Assembly: GCF_006345805.1 (NCBI RefSeq)
Contig: NC_042998.1
Span: forward strand, 172,236,001-172,300,000
Direction of reading: 5' to 3'
Length of the DNA stretch: 64,000 nt
From: Octopus sinensis
Lineage: Eukaryota
Below the pieces are notes generated by a model, which saw only the letters and a program-made list of their open reading frames with translations, was not told where the DNA came from and ran no database searches. The translations under genes and the position numbers were made by a program. Of this stretch, positions 25,201-37,547 are shown piece by piece (the stretch's first letter is position 1; the number at the start of each line of letters is the position of its first letter).

Positions 25201-28200
25201 TTGATAGTGCCCTTTTCAGTAATCTCAAAGAAAGAGCCTTGGAACTCGCTTCTGCCCTCACCGAATTCTTCAATCTCTCCTTTCCTCTCTTTCTCTATGT
25301 ACATACCCTGATCTTTGGAAACAGGGTTGCATGAAAGGTAACCCTTCTTAGCTTGCCAGCTACTGTTCTTTGGCATTTGACTTCCAATACTTCAAAGGTG
25401 ATGGAACGAGCTGTTAAGAACAGCCTTCTCTCATACCACTAGCAAATCTACTCATATATTCACATACCCTCAAGAAATTTGTTCAAAATGTTGTTGCCAC
25501 AGTAATCATCAATAAAACTTTTAACTGTGTCTGGTACATGAATCTCATGTTATAACTGCTTATCTATCATTTCTTCTATCAGGTCATTAAGAATGAAATG
25601 TCTGATTTTGAACTGAAAGTTTATTTTATTTCAATAAAAAAGCAATGCAGTTAATGAAAGTATGCACCTAAATTATCAACACTATTTTGCCATTTTATTG
25701 GTAGCTTATTTATGCCGGCAGCGAAGAATTCTGGAGAGCAAGAAGTGATGAAATCACAAAAGACTGTTTTTGCATCTTCTTCAGATTTTTTTTCTGATGC
25801 ATATGGTGGATGACAGAATACTTCCAAGTTTAGTTCCTGTAGCTTGAGTAGTGTTCTTTGTTCAACATGTGGTCGAGCATTCTTAGAAGAGAATTGGCCT
25901 GTGTCTGTTGACCAATCTCAGTTGTTTAATTGCAAGTTCATTCATCATTTCATTCTGTTGGTTGATGTATACATTTGCTGTAATTGACTTACCAGGTCTC
26001 CTGAAACTGTTGTGGATGACACCAGTGCTGGACTACCAAACTGATATCATTAGCTTTTTTTGGCAAATATTCGTTTTGAGATTGTGTTTTGGCACTTTGT
26101 CTCTATCCAACCACCATGCAGAATACTTGCTATTGTTGAAAAGAATCCCTTTTTCATCACACATAAGAATACAATGCAAAAATGGTTTGTTTTTATGCTG
26201 TAACAGCAAGTTTCAAGATGACTTGTCATTTGATGCTTGTGCAGTTCGTGTGGTACCCTCTTGTCCAGCTTCTTTACCATGCTGATTGGTTTCAGATGGT
26301 CCAATACAGTTGGAATTGAAACATCAAACCTTGCTGCTAACTCGCGTGTAGTTTGAGATGTATCTACTTCCACTACAGTTTCCACCTCATCATTTTCCAC
26401 CTCATCATTTTCCACTTTGGCTTTAGGTCTACCATGGGGCTGATTTTCAGGAGTAAAGTCACCAGACTGGAACTCCTCAAACTCTTGACGTACAGTGTGC
26501 TCATTCGCCACATCTTCACCAAGCACATCATTGATGTTTCGAGCTGTCTGGGCTGCGTTGGTTCCAAGACGGAACTCATATTCATAAACAACAAAAATTT
26601 TTGATCTATCCATGGGTTCACAAAAATTGATTTATAAGAGAAAACTCGTAATATAATCAGACATCATGAATTGCATTTCAAAAAGTGATGTAACTCCTCA
26701 GTGTTGTAAAACAAAGAATTGTGAGGATAAAACATTCGAGTTAACAACTGTCAAACTTGGTGCATCAGAAAATCGGACATTCCATTCTTAATCACCTGAT
26801 ATTACTACAGATACCTCTACCTCTTCAAGCTGACTAATTTTCTGCCACTTTAATTAAACCACATGTGACTAACTTTTCATTCTTCATCTCATTGCCCACT
26901 CTCTTTCCAGTCTTCAAAATCAGCACATGCCCACTACATCCAAAATATTAGTTGTTTAGAATTCCCCACTTGGACATGTTTCTCAGCCTATTGACTTGCA
27001 CCATACAATTGAAGTGGTAGGTTAACAGGATCAATTGCACTGATCTTAGAGGGGCTACAAAGGCCATGTGCATAGCCCTTACTTCCTTACCAAACCAGTA
27101 AGTGGGGAAAAAAAGGGTTCGACCATTGATTTAAACATATATTCCAATGCTCTAAAAGGTATTATAATCCATTCAACATCATATCACTTCCTTGGTTCTA
27201 ACACTCAATATAGTTCATACAATAAATACGTATTGTTTACTTGCTCAAGTGTTCCTTGACAATATATCTCTATATTCATCTGAAACACTGCAAATTAAAA
27301 TAAATTGATGATTCAGCGGTGGTGCCCCAGCATGGCCGCGGCCTTCGGGCTAAAACATTTTTAAGGATTTTAAGGATTTAAGGAATGTAAGTACTGATAA
27401 TGTGAAGTGCAGTATAGCAGTTTTAGGATCCAACAGAATCATAATTCATAACCTTTAAATTCCGTTTAAGATCTTCAAACACTTTTGAAGATCTTAAATT
27501 TCACCAGTGAACAAGTCATTTCTCTAATGTCAATATCCTCCACTCGGCTCCATAATTTCATGCAGCTAAACATGATTATTTGTTAATGAAGGGAAAAAAG
27601 CAATATAAAAAATAAGTACCCAACACCTTTTAAATCATACTGACTTAAAGTTACTGCCCATTCATAAACAATACTTAATATCACTACTAGTTAAGCACAC
27701 CAAAGACTGGTGTGCAGTGTACCAACTCTGTTAAACTCTGATAAACTGTTAAAATCTCCATTGACATAACCTGTCAAATGAGATAGCTTTCAATTCATTC
27801 TTGTCTTCTGTCCTTGTTAGAATATGCAGGTTCTTCTGTCACTTTACTCTGCATATGTAGCATCCTATGCCTTCTGACCTCACAATTATATTTTCCTATG
27901 ACTTCAGATATTTTGTCTCTTGACAGACATCAAATCTTATGCACCCAACTTGGTACAAACAAACTATTCAAGATGTCTTTTGCACCCCCATGTCCTCTGC
28001 ATGCACATACATAAGTACACCTGTTCATGCAAGGTGGAATTAGAATATTAAGTTTCTCTACCTTGCACAACCTCCATGTTTAACTGTTACATACATGTCT
28101 GTATATTAGGCAAATGCCAAACACTCATACATTTGAAAATAGCTATGACATCCATGTGTTCACCAAACTCTAATTTGGATATCAGCATGCTCTCACCATC

Positions 28201-31200
28201 ATACACTTTTCAAACAACCAGTCACTGCATGATTGAATACACACTGTATAATTTTTTGAAAACTAACATATCACTAGGTGCAGTACATGCGAATTGCTCT
28301 GAAGAGTTCTTTTGTCTAGCTAGACCTGTGCTGTGAATCTGCTTGCACAGAACTGACTCATGTATGCAACAACCAATCTTACTAATGTTTCAGATTGATT
28401 GAAGATGGTGTGAATGTACTCAAAGACAACATATAGATGTTCCATATATTGTGATAAGTAGAGAGAAGCAAAAAAACAGGTTAATAACATAAGGCTATAC
28501 AATTCATAACTAGTCAGAAAAACCTGTCGCACAATCAGCTACATTTCGTATGATATTGACCATTATCATATTAAAATGAGAGAACTCTCTTACCTGATCT
28601 ATTTATTCTGCTGTGATAAGAATTCTTTATATTATAAATACCCAAACTAGTCATTGGTTTTGAAATTATTTCTTCCTTTGTACATCATTCAGATACTTGT
28701 TTTTATTATTCATGCTTGCTATCTTTGTTACCAAGTGTTTTTTTTTTTTTTTTTCTCTAAATTCTGCTTGCCCACTCTAATGGTATTTTAGTTTTACCTA
28801 ACTTTTTGGCAAATAAACAAAATTGTTTTACCAGGGAAACTTAATTTTTTTTTATATATTTCACTTTTGTTGCACTAATTGATTTTTAGAATTAACAAGG
28901 AAAAATAGTGTATTGTTAAAGATTGCACCATGAAAATAAGTGGTAGGTATAAAAGAGTATATGAAAAGAGATAATATACCAACAGGTGCTAACATTTTTA
29001 TCGTTTTATGTTTTTTTATATCTGCATTCCTTGCTGTATCTAAATATAAAAATAATGTATTGGTTTTATGAGTTGGCCAGCATTATGCAATAACTGAAGA
29101 ACTGAATGATTTTATTAACTTTTTAACACACAAGCATCATGCAAATATGGAAATTAAATTCCTGCAGTGTAATTCTGGAAATCACTTAGTTGAAAGAATT
29201 TTCCCCACTGAAATTAATTCAATCTCCACACATGGCTTTGCAATATATCTACTTCTGTGCCCATTTCATTCTATATCAAGTATACTATTATGTTTCATCC
29301 ATTTTATGTGATTTATCTAAATCTCTCTTCTCTCTCTCACACACACGCTTTTTTTTTTTTGTTACACGTTTAATGTGTACAAAAGTAAGATTGATTTTTA
29401 TCATCTTTGTTTATGGAAGAACAAAAGGAAACTAATGAAAATAGAGTAAAATTCATTCCTCCTCCCTGCCATGATAGTAATGATTTACAAGTACTGTTTT
29501 AGTATTTGCTTTTCATCAGTAGCCAGAGATAAAAATTGCGATGGTTTTATTTCTTTGTAAATCTTTCACTTTAAAGAATTCCTACATATATTGGATTTAA
29601 CACTTTATTTTTATAGAAGATAGATAAAGTTTTTTTTTTGTATCAGCTCCAACTCTCCAATATTGTTGGGTGGGTGTGAAATTTATATACCTAGTAATTT
29701 ATTTCTCAAGTGCTAGCTTGCCACCCAAAATGCAAACTCCCTTCCCTTGCCTTTGTAAGGAGGGGGTGTTTCACTAGCCATATGATATCCCTATTGGAAA
29801 TAACTCTATGTTCAATTTAGTCAGATTAGTACTTATGACTGCTGCTTCTAGTTAGCTGTCTGCTAACTAGTGATAATACTACTGCTACCACTGCCAACTT
29901 TTCTAGGTGAGCTAGTGGGAGAATAAATAAGTTTTGTATGAGTCACTTTCGCATTAGTTCCCTCCAAACATCCACCATCCTTCTCTTCCTTTTTCTCTCT
30001 CCCTTCCTCCACCTTCTCAGATTGTGAAACAAATAACAAGTGACTTGGGTCCATTTTTCTCCCTCTTTACACAGCATATTTCTTGTGCTTACAAAGAAAA
30101 ATACTTTATTTGTGCTAAATCTCTGAACAGTGGTAGTAGAAGTTGTTTTGCTATGGTGCATGGCTGGAGAGATTCTCCAGCCACATGATGATACTTAGAA
30201 TATTGTCAGTGATCATAGTAGCAGCAGTGGTAGAAAATCTAGCAGCAGTAGCATTGCAGATTTTTGGTATAAGACTATTAAGCCTTATTTTATTGGATTC
30301 TAAAAAGTTTTGTAATTGCTTTTATTTAATTATTGAGAATTCTTAGTTTTCTGTATCTTAGTCCTTTTTCTTTTAATAATACATGGTGTTACTTAGGATA
30401 AAAGATTTCATTTTTCAAAATAATTTAGTAATTTAAAAAGCCTAAGAACATTACTTTTTTTATTTGAAACATCTGTTATCTTCTACTTTTTTCCTTTTTG
30501 TGGAATAGTTTTATTAGAATGTAAACAAGGTTTTCTCGATAAAAGATTTAAAAAGCCTTATATATATTATTCTATTGAAATAATTATTTTTCTATGTTTG
30601 ACTCTCAAGCAAGCAATTTTAACAAATAATTATAGCCACTTTTAATCTTTATAGTCCAACGTACCTTATCACAAAGTTCATAATTAATTATACTTGTTAA
30701 TTTCCTGTTAGGAATGAAAAATCTAACACTTTGGACACTTGTTCTTATGGTACTTTTTGGTTATCTTATCCCCATTAAAAAATTGGATTATCTCCCCAGC
30801 TAAAAATATTGTTTAACCCTTGATAAAAGAAAAAAACTTAATAAACATGAAAAGTGAAAAGATTAAATGTCTCATTGAATCTGATAATATTTTAACAACA
30901 AATCATACAGAACTGAAAAAATTAAACATTTTATTGAATCTAATAACATTTTTATAACAAATCATACCATGCCTATTGAGGAGGCCAAAAGTCAATGTGT
31001 TAAAGTATTGAATCAAAAGGATCTAACCCAGTCTCTTGTCACCACATAAACTCGATATTTTAGTGGGGACATAACCCAATTTTTTTAATGGGGGTGAGAT
31101 AACCCCAAAGTACTGTTCTTTCTTGGCAAGAAAGAATATGGAAACTAATACAATGGTTGCAGTGCACCTGAGCACTCTATACAATAAGCTCATTACTATA

Positions 31201-34200
31201 TTATGGTCACGGGAAGCAACCTTGTTAGTGTCTAAATTCTACAGCAGTTGTATGAGCCAGTGCTTTTCTCAGACATGAGTACACAGGATAGTTGCTTGGG
31301 AAGCTCCAGTACTAGACCATGTATGATATGCTTATGCATGTTGGAACCCCATTGCATTGTTTTTCCTAGCAGGGGACTACAATGTTAAGATACCCCTGGT
31401 ATTAGCTTTCATATTCTTACTTTCTAGAAAAGAAAAAGAAAAAAAATTGAAATACAGTTGTCTCAGACCTTCAATTTTTCATCCCTAATGGCAAATCGAC
31501 TCATTGTAATACTCCCCCATCCAAACTTTTGCCGATTAACATTTAAAGATGCTGGCTCAGCAGTTTCCATGGTTTCTGGATCATACATTATATTTGCTTG
31601 TTGGTAAAATACCTACAATCCAGTTTAAAGAGTATTCAATTATAATTTAAATTTCTACAAGTTGTTTGATCTTGGTTGGACCTGATTTAGCAGATAGACC
31701 TTTGATGGAAAAAAAAAAAAAATACCAGCAATACCCTCATATCTTATATTATGTTATACTGTGTAGTTTTAGATGTAATTTTTTGTGGTCAGATGTAACT
31801 CAAGTGAAGTTGGACTGTTGTTTCTAACAGGTCAAGCCACCATGTAATGCTCCCCACCTTTTGGCTTGTGTAACTGTTTCAATCAGTCTGTGCCAATAAA
31901 CATTTGATTTCATGTTTTTTTTCCACTCATCTTTTTATATTCTCTTTTAACTTTCATCACTCTGAGCCATTGCTAATAAAAGTTTGAAGTCAGTCAGTTT
32001 GTGTGACTTTCTTAGCTCTTTAACATTTAAACTGGCCATATCTAGCCTAAATATTCTATTATATAGGTTGTACTGATGCATCTCAAATTATCTTATTTTC
32101 TGTTTTAAAAAGACACTAACTTTAAATATGTCAAAACATATTTTCAAATTATCAGAAGTTTTTCAGAGTTGTTTACAATTTGTAATGGATGAGCTATTTA
32201 CTGAGAGTTTGATAGATCCAATGTCAACAATTTTTATAATTGTTTTGTGAAAGTGTCATTCATGAAGCATAGCATATAATAATCACCGAGGTATTAAGTT
32301 TTTATAGTTTCATTCACAAAAGCAGCCTTGTTAAATTTTTATTCTCACTCCTTCCTCTTGCATTCAATTTCATATACAATTGTTTTATGATGGATCATAA
32401 TTGACATCTGTTTTTGATGAATTTTCTCATAGATTCCAATTCACCATTTTTTGTTGTTTTTACTTGGTTTTTTGCTCATGATGTTTCACATGGTTTTAAC
32501 TGGACCATTTCAGGATTGGTTACATGTCTTTATTACCAGCTGCCTTGTTGGTCATGGGGTTAATGTGTTTATCCTGTAACCAGAATTAAACAAGATTAGG
32601 AGTCTCTACTTCATGTCAGTCATGCTAATTAATTATTTACATCTATTCAGTTCAAAATAAAAATAAAATAAGTAATTTTGTCACTCGGAGGTTTGGTAGT
32701 AATTATAATTTGCACATAGTTTGATATTGTTACAAGGCTTTCTATTTTAATGCAAGCAATAAACTCCCAGCGAAGTGAGCATTCAACTAATTCTTTTGAC
32801 TCCTAATACCCTTCAGTAAAGTAAGAACCTGCATATGCCATCTTCCCTCTATCATTTATAATACACACTCATATGCGTTGCATACCACTAATTATGGGTA
32901 GTGAAAAAAGTAGAAAAAATATTTGGAATAAATGCACCAGCATTTCTTTAGGATATTACAATCCATGAGAAGAGTGTTTTAGTTGGATTTATAATTTTTA
33001 TATGATACATTGAGAAAGTTCATGAGACCAAGACAAAACAAAAGTAAGTTCAATAGTAATTTATGACCTTTACTAGTGTAGACCATAAAAGTACACCTGT
33101 TAATTTGACATTGTGGAAATCACGTTCTTTTTTTTTTTTTCTGGAAAATCTCATTTTGATAATGATGGTGTAGTTAAAGAGGTATTTAACTTTACTATTC
33201 AGTTACTAGTGATGCATAACATTATTGTGTTGTCACAAGAGAAAGTTTATATATTGAGCATACTTATTTTAGTTTTGTTTTAAAAACCCATTTTTATTTT
33301 GCATTTCTTTTTTCAAAAGAAAGAAAATCTTCAAATTTTTGTATTTGAGCATTAAACATTCAGGTTCTTGTAATTCTTTTTAGTTTGTGTGTGTGTGTGT
33401 TTCTGTTTTCTTTAAACAGAATTTTAAATTTTCAGCAAATCAAATTAAAATGTTTTAAAATCATTTCATTTAGGATTTTGTATTCTATTAATAAGTCTCA
33501 TTTTACTGAACTGCTATGTTAAGGTTTATAAACAAACCACTTTAGGCTGTCAAATCCTGCAGAAAGACACATGTACAAGATCAGTTTCTACCTACCAAAT
33601 TCACTAACAAGATATTGGTTGACCTGAAGGTGCCATGCAGTAGGACTGAACCTGAAGCCACATGGTTGTAAGGCGAACTTCTTAACCCTTTTGATACCAA
33701 CCCGGCTGAGACCACCTCTGGCTCTGTAGTACAAATGTCTTGTTTTCATAAATTTTGAATTAAAATCTACCACCAAACCGTAGTCAAAATTTGTTCCTAA
33801 CACCAGCTTAATGATAACAAAGTTATTTTACTAATTTCTTTGTTATATTTAAAGTTAATTGAAAGAAACACAGAGCATCTCAGAATAAATACGGTAACAA
33901 AAATTTAAGCACATGGCCATGCCTGTGCCTAATGGATCAAAGTAGTGAGACTGTGCCAATGGTTGCATGAAGCTTTTATATTGATAGTTTGATGTCAAAC
34001 ATGAAGTAAGCTGCACTTGGCTAAGCTCATACACTGAAATTTCATAGGGCAAAAATTGTTATGAGCCTGCGCATAGATAGCATTAAATGTGTCATGGCTA
34101 CCAATGCCTCACTTATATTCTGATTGTTTCCTATCAACAATTACAAACAAAATTTTGTTATCGTTCGTTAGACATTTATTGACATGCTGTCTAGTTTGGA

Positions 34201-37200
34201 CTTGCATGTGAAATAGAAGGAACATTTGTAGGGAAAATGTAATATAAGTGATTTTAAAAAAGTAATAAAATGTTTATCAATTAAGCTTGTGCAGTAGATG
34301 TAACTGCTTTTCCTAATGTGATCCGTACATGCAGGGATTGGAGGGGAGAGGAATAACATTTACTTATGTATAATGGACACATTTAATTTTAAGTAAAAAG
34401 TGCATGTTCATCATCATCTTTTAACATCCGTTTCCCATGCTGGCATGGGTTGGACGGTTTGACTGAGAACTGGCAAGCCAGGAGGCTGCACCAGGCTCCA
34501 ATCTGTTCTGGCAAGGTTTCTACAGCTGGATGCCCTTCATAATACCAACCACTCTAAGAGTGTAGTCGGTGCTTTTTACGTGCCACCAGCACAGGGGGCC
34601 AGTCAAGCGGCACTGGTAACAACCACTCTCAAATGGTGTGTTTTATATGCCACTGGCACAGGAACCAGTCAGGCAGCACTGGCATCAACCATGCTCGGAT
34701 GATGCTTTTTATGTGCCACCGGCACGGGAGCCAACAAGGTGGCAATACATAATGAATATGGTAACTCCTGGTGTCAAAAACCATGAATGTTGCTGATGGA
34801 CTATAACATGGCAGTTAAAAGATCAGTTGTATCCAGTCTTTTTGAACTGAAAGATTCTGGCAAAACTCTATTCTGGTAACTTCAGTGTTATGTTAACCCA
34901 TTTTAACCCTGTTGAAATTTTGAAGATAGTTATATAAATAGGAATAACAAACATACAGAAGCGTCCAGTTAACCTTTATTGCAGTAAATAAACTAAATAC
35001 AATGATTAAATACAGCAAGCACTATTTTGCATCCAACGAACCTTTATTGCAGTAAAGAAACCAAATACAACTGTCCACAAACGAGGACAGTGGGTTAATA
35101 TGGATTAAGGTTGTAAGAACTTCAACAAACAAATCAATCATCAACTGATTCCTCATTTCTGGATGTATCCTTCTCTAGATACCAATTTGTGTCCATGTGA
35201 AGGCACAATTGTTTGTCTGTAAAAAGTAATTACTGTTGCAGAATTTGTGGCATTGGGCTAGATAATTTGTAGTAATTAGTTATCTTTATATTTTGAGTTC
35301 AAACACTTCCCAAATCTAAAGTCAAATATTAGGGGTGATTCAATCAACTATACTTCTTCCCCAGCTCGATAGCTTTGTGTTGATGTTTTAAAAAAAAATG
35401 TAGAAGTGCTGTCAACGGTTGGCTCTCTGGTATGTTTTGTAATCTCTTAGCTGTGTTAACAATCCAGTTTTAATGCCATCATAATTTAAATGTTTTTTGT
35501 TGACCTGGATGAATTTACTGCAAAATATATTGCTGTTCTACCTTGTCTGTGAGGTCCAACATTATGAAATCTAATTTCTTTTCTATGTCTTTTATATTTT
35601 TCACCTACCACAGATACATCTACTGTTAAAACCTGTCATTTATCTACTGTTATTTATCCACATCTCTTTTCTATATTGGTACATTTGCCTTTTATATGCA
35701 TCAATTTTCTTACATCACTTGCACTCCACTATCATACTCAGCTTCTCCACCTTCACACTTCCCTCTATTTTTCTTTTTTTGCCAACAGAATTACTTCCCT
35801 GAATATTTTTCATCTGTTTATATTTTATTAACTTTATATTCACACTAAAACTCCCTCCTGAATTGTGTCACATAACCAGAGAAATTCTCATTGTATAAAC
35901 CACATATCCATGTAGTTTATTGACTTCATGTCAATGCTTCCACCATTGCCAACCACTCCTGAATATCTTGGTCATCTAAAGTCCTGATTCATTCCCAGTC
36001 TGTTTGATACCCAGCTACATTAACCAAATACTTTTCCAGGTGACAGTAAAATCTTGCTGATAATAGGTGCTTCAGTTTTTGTAATATTGACTTTTGACTC
36101 TAGACCACTCTTCCAAATTTGGAACAAGTAGATTTTTCAGTGAAACTCGGTTATCTGTATAGGAGTTTTAAGGACATGATTTTTCCGTTTTTTTTTTTTT
36201 GCTTATCATTTCTTACATGTTAAAATATGGTTTTATTAAACATTTACATGTACACTAAAACCTCATTAAGTGCAGGAGCTTGTTGGTGGTAGCTATAAAC
36301 CACTGGTTATTGGTGCACACCACTTACAAATTTATGGAGGAGTTTTGAGGTTTTTCATGACACTGCTTTTAGCACTGTTATGCCTTGCAGCACTTTTGCA
36401 GGCTATTCATGTATCATGTCTCATTAGGCATTTAATTGTACAACACTGGACCTGTCATGTTAACAAGAACACCTGTATGAATTCACTTGGCATTCTAAAA
36501 ATAGCAACTAAATTCTCTTGTACACTTGTTTTAACAAATGATAAGGTCTTTACGCCAGTGTTTTTGACTGTAGCTCTACTCAATCAGGGTAAACCTGGAG
36601 TTTAAAAAAAAAACACTAAAAAACACTAGGTGTGTTCAAAATGTTTCTCCAGATGGACAAATGCAAAGAAGAATTATTTGTTCTTAGCTAAGAACATTTT
36701 CTTTCTTTTTTTTTTCCTTTGATTTTTGTCACTGGAATATGGTATTTACAGTTTCAGCTTTAGATACAGACCCAAATTGGATTTTGTTCAGCCTAACTTT
36801 GTCTGCCATTAACTTTACTATGACCCTTTCTATCATGTTCTTGATTTGCTCTTTTATCTTAAGGTTTCTTTAATTACCCATATCTAATGTCTTCATTTCC
36901 CTTTATTAAATGGTTTGATTTGATCCTGGATGCATGCACTGTGTTTATGAAAAAAATAGGAGAGTCAAAGCTGAAATGCTTGTCATTTTTCTTTTCAATC
37001 AAGACTAACCTGGTTCTAAACTACAACCTGATTAAATAACCAAGAAAGTAACTTAGTACTTATTTAGTTTGATGCTCTCAACATCTCAGCAACTTTCCAC
37101 CATGGATTTACTGTTACCATTACTTTCATGCCCTTAATTTTTTTAATTAAACAATAGCTAAATTGTATGACTTATACAACTGGCTATACCCATTTATATT

Positions 37201-37495
37201 CATCCATCATCATCATCTTATAGTTACACTTCCATGCCTTTTACTTTTATGTTAATACAATTTTGAAGTATCATTCTGAGGCTATTATTAATCATGATTG
37301 GTGTAGTCAGAAATTGTCACCTTCAAATCTAATGCTTGTAGCTTAGTTTTTCCTTGGGGCTGGCCAGATCGGAGTAATCTCAAGATTAATCAGCCAAAAT
37401 TGCGAGGATGATCCGGTTCTTGACTAGAGGCTTCGAATCGCCCGTCCGTTTTTTGTATCGTCTATTTGAATGTTTTGCATTCTTGTCTTATTTTG

Positions 37496-37547
<52 letters not shown>

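Noticed and set aside
26050-26613. Domesticated SETMAR-like gene
   Set aside because: Both TIRs and the TA TSD are present, with downstream frameshifts and loss of the catalytic segment; an ordinary dead mariner.
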